Positions 16,187 through 26,849 of a stretch of DNA of 32,000 nt are shown here, one piece after another. The DNA is from an uncultured archaeon (GTDB lineage Archaea > Asgardarchaeota > Thorarchaeia > Thorarchaeales > CAZPUN01). The position numbers and the translations under genes were made by a program. The stretch lies in contig CAZPUN010000056.1 in assembly GCA_964589775.1 (NCBI GenBank), positions 1 to 32,000 of the forward strand, read 5' to 3'. The notes under the pieces were generated by a model, which worked only from the letters and a program-made list of their open reading frames with translations, was not told the DNA's origin and ran no database searches. Positions within the stretch are counted from its first letter, which is position 1. The number at the start of each line of letters is the position of its first letter.

Positions 16187-17517
16187 TCGGGCAATTCCTT
16201 TCCTAAACTTTTTCTACTCAGCAAGATCAATAGGATCACTATGTTTATTGCCAAGCATGTAAGAATAAGCAAAAGACCGCCAATATATGTATATACGACA
16301 CCGAGAACTGAATTTAGGAGAATATTTGGAGCTTGAACTAATATTGCATATGCACTCAAAATTTTTCCGCTATCTAGTCTAGGAGCATACCGCTTGACAG
16401 ACATGAACAACAATGAATACCATAGTGTATCATTTATGAATTTGAGAACGATTGCAATAAAGCCCGTTTGAAATATTAAGTCAAGTGGAGCGAAAAAGTG
16501 TATTATATCATCTATGAGAACATTTGGTAAAATATATGTGAATCGAGAAGCAACAATGAGAAGCCCTAACGAGACTGGCATTAGAGAATAGACCTTTGCT
16601 AATAGCTTTGATGATGGAGATATATCCATGGCTTTTCCTAATTTTGTGGATAGTGGTCCCACAAGAACTGCCGCAAGAATGAATGCAGCATTAATTACTG
16701 AGACGGATATGTTTAGTTCGTATCGCATATAAAAGAGATAAACAAACTGGAACATCGTATCCGAGACCGCATCAAGAAACGCAATAACCATAATGACGGG
16801 CATTGTAGCGAAGAAGATTTTGAATCCACTTGTTAGACTGAACTTCTTTCGTTCGAGGCGTTTATTTAAGGGTTTCAATCCAAATAATCTGATAGCACCT
16901 AGAATGAAAAACACTATGCCTTCAAGAACTAGTGCAATCTGCATTGAGGCGACAAAGCTTACACTTATTGCGAATAATAGCCCTAGAAAAGATAAGCCAA
17001 TTACATTAAACACCTTCCGATACGAGAACATACTCATACCAAATCCACTATTTTCCTTAGGTACATTTTCCATGATAAATGCAGTAGATCCGGATGAGAA
17101 GAAATACACTAGCGTGAAACTCAAATATCCCAGAGCGAGCACAAAATCATCTCTTGCAAATGCGATTATGAATGGTCCAATTCCTGCAAGGAACATACTT
17201 ATTGCAGACTGCAATCGCCTATCATAATTATCTGCAATATGCCCACCGATCCATTTTGCGAGCAGAGCTATTGCGGAATAAATTGATAACAGGATTCCAA
17301 TCGTGATATATGATAGACCTTCCTCATGCATATATAGGTTTAAATAGCCGAGAACAGGCTGGAAAATCCCAGTAGCCCAATAAGTAACGATCAGAATAGC
17401 GAAATTTCGATTTTTGAAAAGTCGCTTTGCTTTTTCTAGATTACTTTCGCTTTCGATTTTGGGCGTAATAACTTGTTCAGCACTAATTTCCGTAGTCGCC
17501 AGGGGATAAACCTCCAT
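16183..17517 (-). CDS. MFS transporter
   Basis: About 12 TM segments; motif A GGHIADNYDRR. Confidence 0.85.
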   Translation of the reverse strand: MEVYPLATTEISAEQVITPKIESESNLEKAKRLFKNRNFAILIVTYWATGIFQPVLGYLNLYMHEEGLSYITIGILLSIYSAIALLAKWIGGHIADNYDRRLQSAISMFLAGIGPFIIAFARDDFVLALGYLSFTLVYFFSSGSTAFIMENVPKENSGFGMSMFSYRKVFNVIGLSFLGLLFAISVSFVASMQIALVLEGIVFFILGAIRLFGLKPLNKRLERKKFSLTSGFKIFFATMPVIMVIAFLDAVSDTMFQFVYLFYMRYELNISVSVINAAFILAAVLVGPLSTKLGKAMDISPSSKLLAKVYSLMPVSLGLLIVASRFTYILPNVLIDDIIHFFAPLDLIFQTGFIAIVLKFINDTLWYSLLFMSVKRYAPRLDSGKILSAYAILVQAPNILLNSVLGVVYTYIGGLLLILTCLAINIVILLILLSRKSLGKELPD

Positions 17518-17560
17518 AATGCTCTAAAAAGATAAAAAAGAGAATATAATAAAAAGACCA

Positions 17561-18889
17561 CTAATTTCCTTCTTGGGTGCCATTAGAAAATATTTCTCGT
17601 AATTCATCGATATTCCTATTCGGCAGAAAACTTCGGAACTTCAATATAATCAATATAATCGTATTGAGTATAATGATTATCAACAGAAGAATTGGACCAC
17701 CATAAAGGGCATAGATGATTGAACTTGGCAGCGGTGCCATAAGCATAAATGCGTTATATAAAACCGAAGTCACACCCATCATACTGGAAACGCTTTTTGA
17801 TGGGATTGTCTTTCTAACATAAGCGTTTAGAGCCGTTGCCCAGAGAATATCGTTCAAGGATTTTGTTGAAATTCCAATGAATGCAGTAGATACAATTACA
17901 GATAGTCCAGGAGTCAATGCATCCAAGATGTGAACAATGTTAATAGGTACAATATATTCATAATATTGGCTTAAATACAAAAGTAGCATAGTCACAGGCA
18001 TAAAGGAATATATTAGGACTATGGTCTTGTGACTGCCATGTTTATCAAAGAATCGCCCGACTTTTAAATTCAAAGGAACCGAAATTAACAAGGTAATCAT
18101 GAGCATTACGTTTATTGAGCCAATAGAGAACCCAAGTGCTTCATTTACATAAAATAGATTCACATATCGATAGATTCCATCACTAATTCCGTCGATCAGC
18201 AGAACAAGTATGAAAACCGGAAATGCCGTCAGCAGGACCTTAAATGTGATTTTGTATTGTTGAATGAAGTCCACCAGTACAGATTCTTTAAGCTTTTCAG
18301 CTCGCCCGCCAGAATCTAGAAAAACAAAACGCACCACAGAATTAAGTAAATACGAAACTCCGGTTAATATAAACATGAGTTGTGCTGCTTGAACGAAAGG
18401 TAGCCCAAAGTTTAGAAAGAGCCCAAATAGAGCAAGCCCCAATAGACTGAACGCCCGTCCTGCCATATACAGGCCCATTCCAATTCCACTTAACTCACGG
18501 GGTAGATTATCAAGCATATATGCAGCGGAACCTGAAGCAAACAAGGTTGTAGCAGATAGGAAGATAATTCCTAGAACGATAAATAGCATATTATTACTGA
18601 AGCCAAATATCAGATATCCAATTCCTGCAGAAACATATGTCAAAACTGTAAGATTTTTTCGATTTAGACGATCCCCTAGATATCCGCTAAAAAATCGCCC
18701 GATAAAACTAGTCCCGCGTGCGAAAGTGAAAACAACACCAATCATAATGTAGCTTAATCCGATATCTCGAAAGTATAGCGTAAAATAAGAAGACACTCCC
18801 GAGAAAATAAATACAAGCCAGTTCGTATAGAGGATGATTTTGAAATTTTTGTTCGACAAAAGAGTACTTATGTTCTGTCTTAGACTTAT
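17561..18889 (-). CDS. MFS transporter, paralogue of the downstream gene; start probably ATA 18889 (ORF track uses TTG 18859)
   Basis: Motif A GYLGDRLNRK; about 12 TM segments; GGGGGGT RBS 7 nt upstream of an in-frame ATA. Confidence 0.85.
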   Translation of the reverse strand: MSLRQNISTLLSNKNFKIILYTNWLVFIFSGVSSYFTLYFRDIGLSYIMIGVVFTFARGTSFIGRFFSGYLGDRLNRKNLTVLTYVSAGIGYLIFGFSNNMLFIVLGIIFLSATTLFASGSAAYMLDNLPRELSGIGMGLYMAGRAFSLLGLALFGLFLNFGLPFVQAAQLMFILTGVSYLLNSVVRFVFLDSGGRAEKLKESVLVDFIQQYKITFKVLLTAFPVFILVLLIDGISDGIYRYVNLFYVNEALGFSIGSINVMLMITLLISVPLNLKVGRFFDKHGSHKTIVLIYSFMPVTMLLLYLSQYYEYIVPINIVHILDALTPGLSVIVSTAFIGISTKSLNDILWATALNAYVRKTIPSKSVSSMMGVTSVLYNAFMLMAPLPSSIIYALYGGPILLLIIIILNTIILIILKFRSFLPNRNIDELREIFSNGTQEGN

Positions 18890-18943
18890 ATTGAGTACCC
18901 CCCGTTAATGTAATTGTGATTAAAATATAGTTCAAGAAAATAT

Positions 18944-20806
18944 TTAAATGTTTTTTAATGCTTTTTTAGTTTCTTCCAGTAGCTCACCATAAAGATTCAC
19001 GGAAGTAATTAGGGAAGTGTTTAGTGCCTTGTAATTCCTTTTCAGATAATAAAAAAGACTATTAAACACAAAGAAGCCAACCTTTAAACGAAGACTCTTC
19101 AATACGTCATATTCAAGTTCATAGCTGATGTCCAGAACATTCGAACCAACTTCTGAAATACCAATATGTAGTGCCATCAAGTTCAAATCTATCTCTGCAA
19201 TTTCAAGTATGATTAATCCATATACATATTTTTCCTCCTGACTTAAAATATCGATCTCTTTAGAGATACCATAGACCGCCTCCAATAGTTCGGTTATTTC
19301 TGAAAGAGACGTGTCAAGCTCCTCAAGATCCGTATCATAAATCTCATTTAATATACCAGTATGTTTGACTATCCGAAGACCCCATAGCAATATGTTAAGA
19401 TTCTGAAGATTTCGGTTCTTCACTATCAATTTCAATTTTTCAACAAATTCGAGTATCAATAATTTGACTTCGTTTGATTCCTTTTTGGATTTCATTGTGC
19501 GAATATAAATTTCTAACCCTTGTATCTTTATTGAGTAGTATGTCGCTTGTGCATCTTTCTCATCCACATAGCCTTTGGCTTTTTCATACAGATACTTTGC
19601 ATAACTTAAGCTGTTTTCGTCTCCAAAGCTTTCAAAGACAATCGCAATTTTTTCAAGTACTTCCGGCAAATCATCCAAGTTAGTCTGAACTTTTAAGTCT
19701 CGTATGATATCCACCATTGGCATTATTTTATCGAGTAAATTTATCCTCAAGGATATTGTCGAAATAAGCATTGGAGGTGCTCCTGTAAGTTCATCAAGAT
19801 GAATTTCCTTCGGCAGCATTCCGGTAAGTTTATCAGTCCACTTCTTAATCCATTCAGTTAAAATTTTAATACCCTCTATGAGACTTTCTTCATCGCCAAT
19901 CTTTGTGAGAGTGACTCCCATTTTCATCTGAATATCTTCGCCAGTAGAACTATCTTCACCATAGAGTTCTTTAGCTAAATTTGCCGCAAGTTCGTAATAA
20001 TGGATTGCCTGCCTCATATTTTCAGGGTCCGGCGATTTCGCCAAGTATTCTCCTGTTTCGCCATATATGCTTAGTTTTAATTTCTTGCCCTTTTCAGTAT
20101 TTGGAAGATACTCCATTTGCTCGATTAGGTGCGTTAGAATTTCTTCAATGCCATCGGTTATATTTTTCTCTTTAATGAGTTGAATGTGCTTAAGGTATAA
20201 TTCGAACCAGAGCTCAGGAGACTCCTTTACATCAAGATATTTTTCAGCTTCTTTTAGAACGCGAATGGATAAACGGGCGTTTCCAATATCTTTCAAATTC
20301 GTAGATAAGTTGATCAAACTCTTTATTGCTTCAATTTTATCAATACTTGCTTCTCCATTCCAGAGAAGATACCAGCCAGATAGTAGTTTTTCCAGTAAAT
20401 AATCCTGAGTATGTGTCAGCCCATACTGGGCACTCAATTTAATGAGTTGTTCCAGTAGATTTACAGATGCTGCGATGGTTTCAAGCTCATCCTTGTCTCT
20501 TGGAGGCGGCGTATTCACCATATCAAACGAATTACTTATTTTGATGGCTACAAGCTTGGACAAATTAAAATAATCTTCAGAAATGGACACGAACGCATTT
20601 AGCAAGTTTGAACTTATCTCGCTTAGTTCTTTTAAGGTCTTAAGGTCCGAAATAGGTACTTTATGCAGCTCTATGAATTTAATTAGGAGACTACGTGCAG
20701 TGCTAATCTTCTTGTTTCGAGTTCTGAATGCCTTTAGATTTTTATGGAACTCATCTAAATCCAGCTTGTCTTCAAGAAACATAACCATCAGATTTTCTAA
20801 ACTCAT
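18944..20806 (-). CDS. TPR-like all-helical protein
   Basis: AIHYYELAANLAKELYGEDS, AKYLYEKAK and SIRVLKEAEKY TPR-type helices; starts 1 nt after the upstream peptidase stop. Confidence 0.65.
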   Translation of the reverse strand: MSLENLMVMFLEDKLDLDEFHKNLKAFRTRNKKISTARSLLIKFIELHKVPISDLKTLKELSEISSNLLNAFVSISEDYFNLSKLVAIKISNSFDMVNTPPPRDKDELETIAASVNLLEQLIKLSAQYGLTHTQDYLLEKLLSGWYLLWNGEASIDKIEAIKSLINLSTNLKDIGNARLSIRVLKEAEKYLDVKESPELWFELYLKHIQLIKEKNITDGIEEILTHLIEQMEYLPNTEKGKKLKLSIYGETGEYLAKSPDPENMRQAIHYYELAANLAKELYGEDSSTGEDIQMKMGVTLTKIGDEESLIEGIKILTEWIKKWTDKLTGMLPKEIHLDELTGAPPMLISTISLRINLLDKIMPMVDIIRDLKVQTNLDDLPEVLEKIAIVFESFGDENSLSYAKYLYEKAKGYVDEKDAQATYYSIKIQGLEIYIRTMKSKKESNEVKLLILEFVEKLKLIVKNRNLQNLNILLWGLRIVKHTGILNEIYDTDLEELDTSLSEITELLEAVYGISKEIDILSQEEKYVYGLIILEIAEIDLNLMALHIGISEVGSNVLDISYELEYDVLKSLRLKVGFFVFNSLFYYLKRNYKALNTSLITSVNLYGELLEETKKALKNI

Positions 20807-20807
20807 T

Positions 20808-21809
20808 CTATGATCTCCGTTTCGCTAAATATACAATCACAGGGATTGGTAATATAACCGCTCCAACCAAGATTAGAATATCCACTGGAAATTCTGGTTC
20901 ATAAACAAATGTTATGCCCTTATAATATTTGAGGAATGACTCAATGGTCCGCCCGACAATTTCTAAACTGGTCGCACTACAATGCTCAGGCGTATCTTGT
21001 AGCGTGTGCCAATATGGATAGTCGAAATCAATTATGTCTACGGCAGGCAAGCCTAATGCCAGAAACGGACGATGATCATCAAGCATTGAATATCCAGTCC
21101 GATTCTGAAACACATCACCATACCCTAAATGCCCTGCAATACCCCAAATCGTATCAACAAGCGACTTTGTAGAATAACCCTCTCGCGGTATGTTCAGATC
21201 AGCATCACCTATCATATCAAGAATAATAACCGCCGTAGTACGATTTTTCTCGCTTTCACTCATCGATTGCGCATAGTGTTCACTACCGATACACCATGGC
21301 CAGTTATTCACATTCCCGGAATCTTCCGCATCAAAAAATACAAACTTCACCGACTCTGCAACATCGTTCGATAATATGCGGGCTAATTCTAACATCACGG
21401 CAACTCCACTGGCACCATCATTCGCACCTAGAATAGGCTTGTCCCTGTTCCCAGGATCTGGATCATGATCCGCAACAGGCCGTGTGTCATAATGAGCACC
21501 TATAAGCACAGACGCATTTTCACTCTTCGTCGCAATTATGTTTACAAGATTTACACCCATGTATGTCCAGTTCTGAAAACGAACAGTCCAATTCCAAGAC
21601 TCTAATAACCCCTTTATGTATCCGCGAGTTTGCTCTAATGCAACACTACCAGGCGGACGAGGCCCAAAATCACATTGCCCAGTGAGAAATCCAAATGCGG
21701 AATTACCGTCAAACTTGAGATCCTCTTGCTCGAACCCGCTTGCCATAACCGATGCCGAAAATAGTGGCACCAGAAATAATAGCAGAAATAAACTTACGTA
21801 AATTTTCAT
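20808..21809 (-). CDS. M28 family metallopeptidase / glutaminyl-cyclase-like, secreted with C-terminal TM anchor
   Basis: GAHYDTRP, GANDGASGVA, FFDAED, ILDMIGD, DDHRPF, WHT..DT; signal peptide from ATG 21809 (MKIYVSLFLL). Confidence 0.9.
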   Translation of the reverse strand: MKIYVSLFLLLFLVPLFSASVMASGFEQEDLKFDGNSAFGFLTGQCDFGPRPPGSVALEQTRGYIKGLLESWNWTVRFQNWTYMGVNLVNIIATKSENASVLIGAHYDTRPVADHDPDPGNRDKPILGANDGASGVAVMLELARILSNDVAESVKFVFFDAEDSGNVNNWPWCIGSEHYAQSMSESEKNRTTAVIILDMIGDADLNIPREGYSTKSLVDTIWGIAGHLGYGDVFQNRTGYSMLDDHRPFLALGLPAVDIIDFDYPYWHTLQDTPEHCSATSLEIVGRTIESFLKYYKGITFVYEPEFPVDILILVGAVILPIPVIVYLAKRRS

Positions 21810-22043
21810 GCAATAGATTATCGCAGATACAAATATAAATAATTTCATCCAGAAAATGAAAAAGGCTCCTAACGAAATATAACACAAACAATTCTAATTT
21901 TTCTAATGAATGATTTGTACTTATTTGGTCATTTTTATTTCGCATTTTTTCTAAATATCGAAAAGAGTTTTTATTGGTTTACTCCTGTCAGGCTCAAAAA
22001 TTTTGTTTATAGAGAAGAGTGTAAAAAATAATAAGAATTATGA

Positions 22044-25000
22044 TTAATTGAATAGATCTGATGTGGATACATTGAAGATTTCATCTGATTTTATATCTTT
22101 AGTAATGTTATTAGATTCAATACGAATCATATTAAGTATTTGATTAATACCCTTATTTTTCAATGAAGATTCATCACGTTTTTCTAATAGAATCTTACGA
22201 ATTGCATTTTTTACTTCTTCATCAGAAAAAATTTCTCGGGCTATTTTCATATTTTTAGATAAATCAAATAATAACATAATAATATTATTGAAAGAGTTTT
22301 CTTTTAATATTATTCTAATTGCATTTTTTACTTCTTCATCATAAAAAATTTCGTATGCTAAGTTTTCATCAATATAACATAAATTAAAATATATTGTGCC
22401 AATTATCATTGCTTCTTTCTCAGATTTCAGTACAGACTTTATTTCGGATTTATTATTCTCAATAATCTTTCTTGCAAATTCGTTATCGATTTCACTCAAA
22501 ATAGATAGTAATTTTCCTATAATTTCGCCATTTTTCTCATTTATTATAAGTTTAATATGATCTATAATATCTCTATCTTGAAGAATTTTACGAGCTAATG
22601 TATTATCAATATAACTCAAAATGGATAAGAAATTGATTAAAAATCGTTTCATATTTTCAGAGTCATTTAGTATATACTTCTTGCTCTTTTTATATATTTT
22701 AACTAATAAATTCTTATTTCTTGTATATACAACAGCATTTAGTATATATATAATAGATTGAAACTCAACTTTCTCTAAGTTTAATTCAATACGCTCCATT
22801 ATATTTTCCAAAATGTTAGGCATATTTTTACCTAAAATATAGATAGTCTCGCTTACATCATTAATGTTATTATTAGCAATTATATTACAAAGAAATTGAG
22901 TAAAACTTGCCAATTCAACTGATTTTCCATATTGATGCGTCTTCGTAATAATTTCATTAAAATATGGAATATATTTTATACTTACTCTAGGATCATTATC
23001 TAAATAATTTTCTATAACAATTTTTACAAGTTCTTCTAAACTAAACAACGATTTTAAATCATTTATTCTATCAAAATATTCGGGTTCGGTACAATCAATT
23101 AGTCTAAGATAAGTCATGGCAATTTTTGGATGTGATATAGATATCAATCTTTCACTATTTCTTTTTTTATAAGATAAATTCAAATACCTCTCAGAAAATT
23201 CAGCATATTTTATTAAATTTTCAATGGGTTTTTCAAAGTCCATTATTTCGAAATCTTTGGATTTTAGCTGCTTTAATAAAAAGTCATATGTAATTGGAAT
23301 TTTATATTGTGAAAAATATGAGACAACGGCAATTGGTGCATAATATTCATACAACTTGTCATTGATATCCGGATCTATTTTTTCAAGATATTTTTGGATT
23401 GCAGTACATAGTGGAGCATCAAAAACTTTTGGATCATTACTTCTAAGATAGTTATGAATATAAAAGCTCATTATTGTTAAATTATATTCTTTACTATCAA
23501 TTTTATATTTAATTTTCAATTTTTTAAGAATTTTAGACAATATATCATAGTAATTTTGTTCTACATGTAATTCATATTTGTTGAGTACTGATTTATCTAA
23601 AGATCCCTTTTTTTGCCCATAGGTTGATCCATCTAAGCGATTATTCACTAGTCTATTATTTAACTTTTCAAAATAACTTAAACTCTCCTTGCGCAATAAA
23701 TAAATGCTGTAAATCAATTTATTTGATATAACATTTTTAATAAAATCATCAATTTTTTCAATTGGAATTAATTGAATGTCATCAATAAAAATGACAAATT
23801 CAAAATATTTCCATTTTAAGATTTGGGTTATTTTCATAAATTCATCAAATTTAGATCTTATATCCGATGCACGGTATAGAAATACAGGAATACCCTCTAG
23901 CCATTTTTCAAACACTAATTTCAGTGCAAGAGTTGTTTTTCCACTTCCAGACTCTCCTATGATAAATAACGGTTTGTGTTCATTGATTTTATTTTTTACA
24001 TTAGGATAGTCATACGAATCTACTACATAACCATCGGCAAAATCTACAGGTGTTGGAAATACTCTCATAATCTTTGATTCAAGTTCTAATGCCCAAGTTT
24101 GCTCATTTAGAGGATATCGAGGCAACATGTATTTTAGTAAATCATTTTCAAGATATTTTGTTAATATTTCAAAAGACTTTTCTATAAAAATTTCATAATT
24201 TGCAATAATTGATACAGTCATTTCATATTCATTGGAATATACCTCTTTTAAACGTTTAATTCTATTGAGGTAAAAGCTCACAAAATATGGATTCTTCAAC
24301 AGTCCCAAATTTGAACCAATTTTATATTCTTTTAGCAAACGATTTTTGAATTCATTATCTTGGTTTTCAATAAAGGAATATAAATCCTTAGTGTTATTAT
24401 CAATAAAATCAAACATAACTATGAATGGCACAAAATTCTTTTTGATCTCATTTGGACCCTCACGGGATATCACAATTAATTTTATTTTCCCATCTTTGGC
24501 AAAATCTATTAGCTTTCCAAAACCCCAAAGGGAATACAACTTTAAATATGATAGATTCTTAGCATCTAGAAATACCACTGCATCCTTTATTTCGTCTATA
24601 TTATAAATTGTCTGTTCATTCTCTTTATTATATATTTCAATGAATTTGTCTGTTGGATTCGTTACTTTTTCAAAATCGTCAGGTTCAAAAAAGAAATAGA
24701 CCTTTTGGGGATACTTTTTATGAACCTCTTTCAGTTCATCATTAAATTTATCAGAATTTTTCAGAACGAGAAATGCTTTGAAGGCTGCAAAAGACTTTCC
24801 AGAGAGCGGTGGGCCAGACATCCATATAAAATTATATCGTTTAATAAGATCAATCAAGTTCGCAACATTATCATTTTCAATCAGTTCTTCCTGAGATGGA
24901 AATCTAATATGATTACTATAATATTTAATTAATTCTTGCTTAGTTTTTATTCTAAGAACATCTGAAACTTCACTTATATTTGTATTTATTTTCGAGATAT

Positions 25001-25490
25001 TTCGGTTAATATCCTCAATTTGCTCTTTGACTTCATTTAGGCTTTTATTCAGATTACTAAATACAACATCAATTTCAAATTTGATGGCCCTAATTTCCTT
25101 CGACTCCGATTTAGAAACAACTTCAGAAATGATTTCCTTTATTGTCGATTGAAATTCTCCACTTTTGAAATATTCTGCAAATGATTTTTCATGAAATATT
25201 ACATCATAAATTTTATCGGATATTATTGTTGAACCTACATTATTAGAGAACCATTCTACAATATTATCAACGTAACGTAGAGGGTCATCAGATTTAGAAA
25301 GTTTCTTTATTGATTCTAGGATAGAGTCTGGAATAATGTATGTGAAGAATGGTAAGCTTGTAGGATTCATCAAAATAAAGCCAACAGCAATAAGTCCTTT
25401 TATTATTTTTTTACCTTCTGATTTTATAGTTTTTATACTTTTAGAGAATATGCCCTTAAAAATAGATTTTATTGATTTTAGATTCACCAT
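22044..25490 (-). CDS. large STAND-like NTPase with two P-loop domains and C-terminal helical repeats
   Basis: Walker A GPPLSGKS with AVVFLDA; second Walker A GESGSGKT with FVIFIDDIQ; HP motif (ISHPKIA); four ~39-41-aa C-terminal repeats; visibly lower GC than neighbours. Confidence 0.75.
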   Translation of the reverse strand: MVNLKSIKSIFKGIFSKSIKTIKSEGKKIIKGLIAVGFILMNPTSLPFFTYIIPDSILESIKKLSKSDDPLRYVDNIVEWFSNNVGSTIISDKIYDVIFHEKSFAEYFKSGEFQSTIKEIISEVVSKSESKEIRAIKFEIDVVFSNLNKSLNEVKEQIEDINRNISKINTNISEVSDVLRIKTKQELIKYYSNHIRFPSQEELIENDNVANLIDLIKRYNFIWMSGPPLSGKSFAAFKAFLVLKNSDKFNDELKEVHKKYPQKVYFFFEPDDFEKVTNPTDKFIEIYNKENEQTIYNIDEIKDAVVFLDAKNLSYLKLYSLWGFGKLIDFAKDGKIKLIVISREGPNEIKKNFVPFIVMFDFIDNNTKDLYSFIENQDNEFKNRLLKEYKIGSNLGLLKNPYFVSFYLNRIKRLKEVYSNEYEMTVSIIANYEIFIEKSFEILTKYLENDLLKYMLPRYPLNEQTWALELESKIMRVFPTPVDFADGYVVDSYDYPNVKNKINEHKPLFIIGESGSGKTTLALKLVFEKWLEGIPVFLYRASDIRSKFDEFMKITQILKWKYFEFVIFIDDIQLIPIEKIDDFIKNVISNKLIYSIYLLRKESLSYFEKLNNRLVNNRLDGSTYGQKKGSLDKSVLNKYELHVEQNYYDILSKILKKLKIKYKIDSKEYNLTIMSFYIHNYLRSNDPKVFDAPLCTAIQKYLEKIDPDINDKLYEYYAPIAVVSYFSQYKIPITYDFLLKQLKSKDFEIMDFEKPIENLIKYAEFSERYLNLSYKKRNSERLISISHPKIAMTYLRLIDCTEPEYFDRINDLKSLFSLEELVKIVIENYLDNDPRVSIKYIPYFNEIITKTHQYGKSVELASFTQFLCNIIANNNINDVSETIYILGKNMPNILENIMERIELNLEKVEFQSIIYILNAVVYTRNKNLLVKIYKKSKKYILNDSENMKRFLINFLSILSYIDNTLARKILQDRDIIDHIKLIINEKNGEIIGKLLSILSEIDNEFARKIIENNKSEIKSVLKSEKEAMIIGTIYFNLCYIDENLAYEIFYDEEVKNAIRIILKENSFNNIIMLLFDLSKNMKIAREIFSDEEVKNAIRKILLEKRDESSLKNKGINQILNMIRIESNNITKDIKSDEIFNVSTSDLFN

Positions 25491-25597
25491 GAAGCCCTCA
25501 TTATGCGTTTATAAAATATAATAAAATTCAACTATGATATAAGTTTTATTCAAAAAATTCCAAATAGTTCAAAAAATAAGAAAAATGAAATAAATCT

Positions 25598-26665
25598 TTA
25601 TATTTCCCAGAAGAATTTTCCGTTCTCTTGAATTACTTCGCCATCTGCGATGATTTTACCCGGTTTCATTGTTTTGACTATGTCGACATGGACTGCGCTC
25701 TTATTGGTTCCACCGCACTGTGGGTATGCGTTTCCGAGTGCGAGATGGATCGTATCTCCGATTTTTTCGTCGAACAGCATATTAAGAGTGAAACGTTTTA
25801 TTCCACGATTTGTGCCAATACCGATTTCACCCAGTCGTTTTGCGCCAGGGTCGATATTAAGAATTTTTTCGAGCATTTCTTCGCCTTTTTCTGCAGAGAA
25901 TTCAACAACTTCACCCTTTTCAAATTTGAGCCTGACGCCTTGGATCTCAACACCATTAAATAGGAATGGAATATCAAAGTACACTTTACCTTCGACTGTT
26001 GTTTCGATTGGACTTGTGAAAACTTCTCCAGAAGGAAGATTATGCTTTGCTGTTGAAGCCACCCATGTTCTGCCTTCGACACTTGCAGTAATGTCGGTTT
26101 CAACGCCGATAATACGGATTTGTTTTTTGCCGTCGAGTTTAGCTTTCAATTTGAGCATATTTTCAGATTCTTTCTCCCAATCAAGTAGCGTGGCACCATA
26201 GACGAAGTCCTGATAATCAGAAAGGCTCATGTTAGCTTGCTGGGCAAGAGCATTATTTGGATGTACTGTAAGACTCCAGCGTTTGGGTAGAATTACTTCT
26301 CGCATTTTTTCGAGAGCCTTATTTCGCTTCATAATCTTTTCAGATGGAACACCAGAAAGCCCTTTTGTATTTTCAGGAGAGCGAATATTAATTATGACAT
26401 CACTCTTTTCGAGCAGTGCGTAATAGTGTTCAGGAAAGATATCCAGAAATTCATCAGGAGCGGAGTCGTAATAGGCCTTGGACATTTCCTGAGTGTTGAG
26501 CAGAACTATTGCACTTCCGCCTTTCTTAGCAACCCATTTCACGGTCTCAAGTGCCAATGGGTATCCATCAAGAGACGTATTGATAACAACCATATCGCCT
26601 TTCTTTACTTCGGTGGACCATTCAACCAAAATACGAGCATGTTCAGAGACTCGAGGATCAACCAT
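25598..26665 (-). CDS. aminopeptidase T / M29 (AmpS-like) family
   Basis: NLPSGEVFT, RLGEIGIG, LFDEKIGDTIHLALGNAY, SAVHVDIV. Confidence 0.93.
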   Translation of the reverse strand: MVDPRVSEHARILVEWSTEVKKGDMVVINTSLDGYPLALETVKWVAKKGGSAIVLLNTQEMSKAYYDSAPDEFLDIFPEHYYALLEKSDVIINIRSPENTKGLSGVPSEKIMKRNKALEKMREVILPKRWSLTVHPNNALAQQANMSLSDYQDFVYGATLLDWEKESENMLKLKAKLDGKKQIRIIGVETDITASVEGRTWVASTAKHNLPSGEVFTSPIETTVEGKVYFDIPFLFNGVEIQGVRLKFEKGEVVEFSAEKGEEMLEKILNIDPGAKRLGEIGIGTNRGIKRFTLNMLFDEKIGDTIHLALGNAYPQCGGTNKSAVHVDIVKTMKPGKIIADGEVIQENGKFFWEI

Positions 26666-26849
26666 AATGTTACACCAATTCGAAAAACAGAAGAATACTA
26701 CTTAAGTTTATTGAAATAAAAGCGAACGAGCAAATCCACAGATCGAAAGGTTTCAATATTACAAAAAATCAAAGTACGGATGGTGCTAGAAATTCTTAAA
26801 TTAATGTCTGCGCATGAACAATAACAAAATAGGATAAGAGGTCTTATTT

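Noticed and set aside
21810-21887. N-terminal extension of the M28 peptidase in the ORF track
   Set aside because: A normal signal peptide starts at ATG 21809; the extension reads like AT-rich intergenic sequence.
21974-21984. Partial motif match TTGGTTTACTC
   Set aside because: Only 8 of 11 positions match and it is isolated; consistent with chance.
25628-26719. Several plus-strand and alternate-frame ORFs including the 183-aa 25650-26201
   Set aside because: Antisense or out-of-frame shadows of the M29 aminopeptidase; no motifs.
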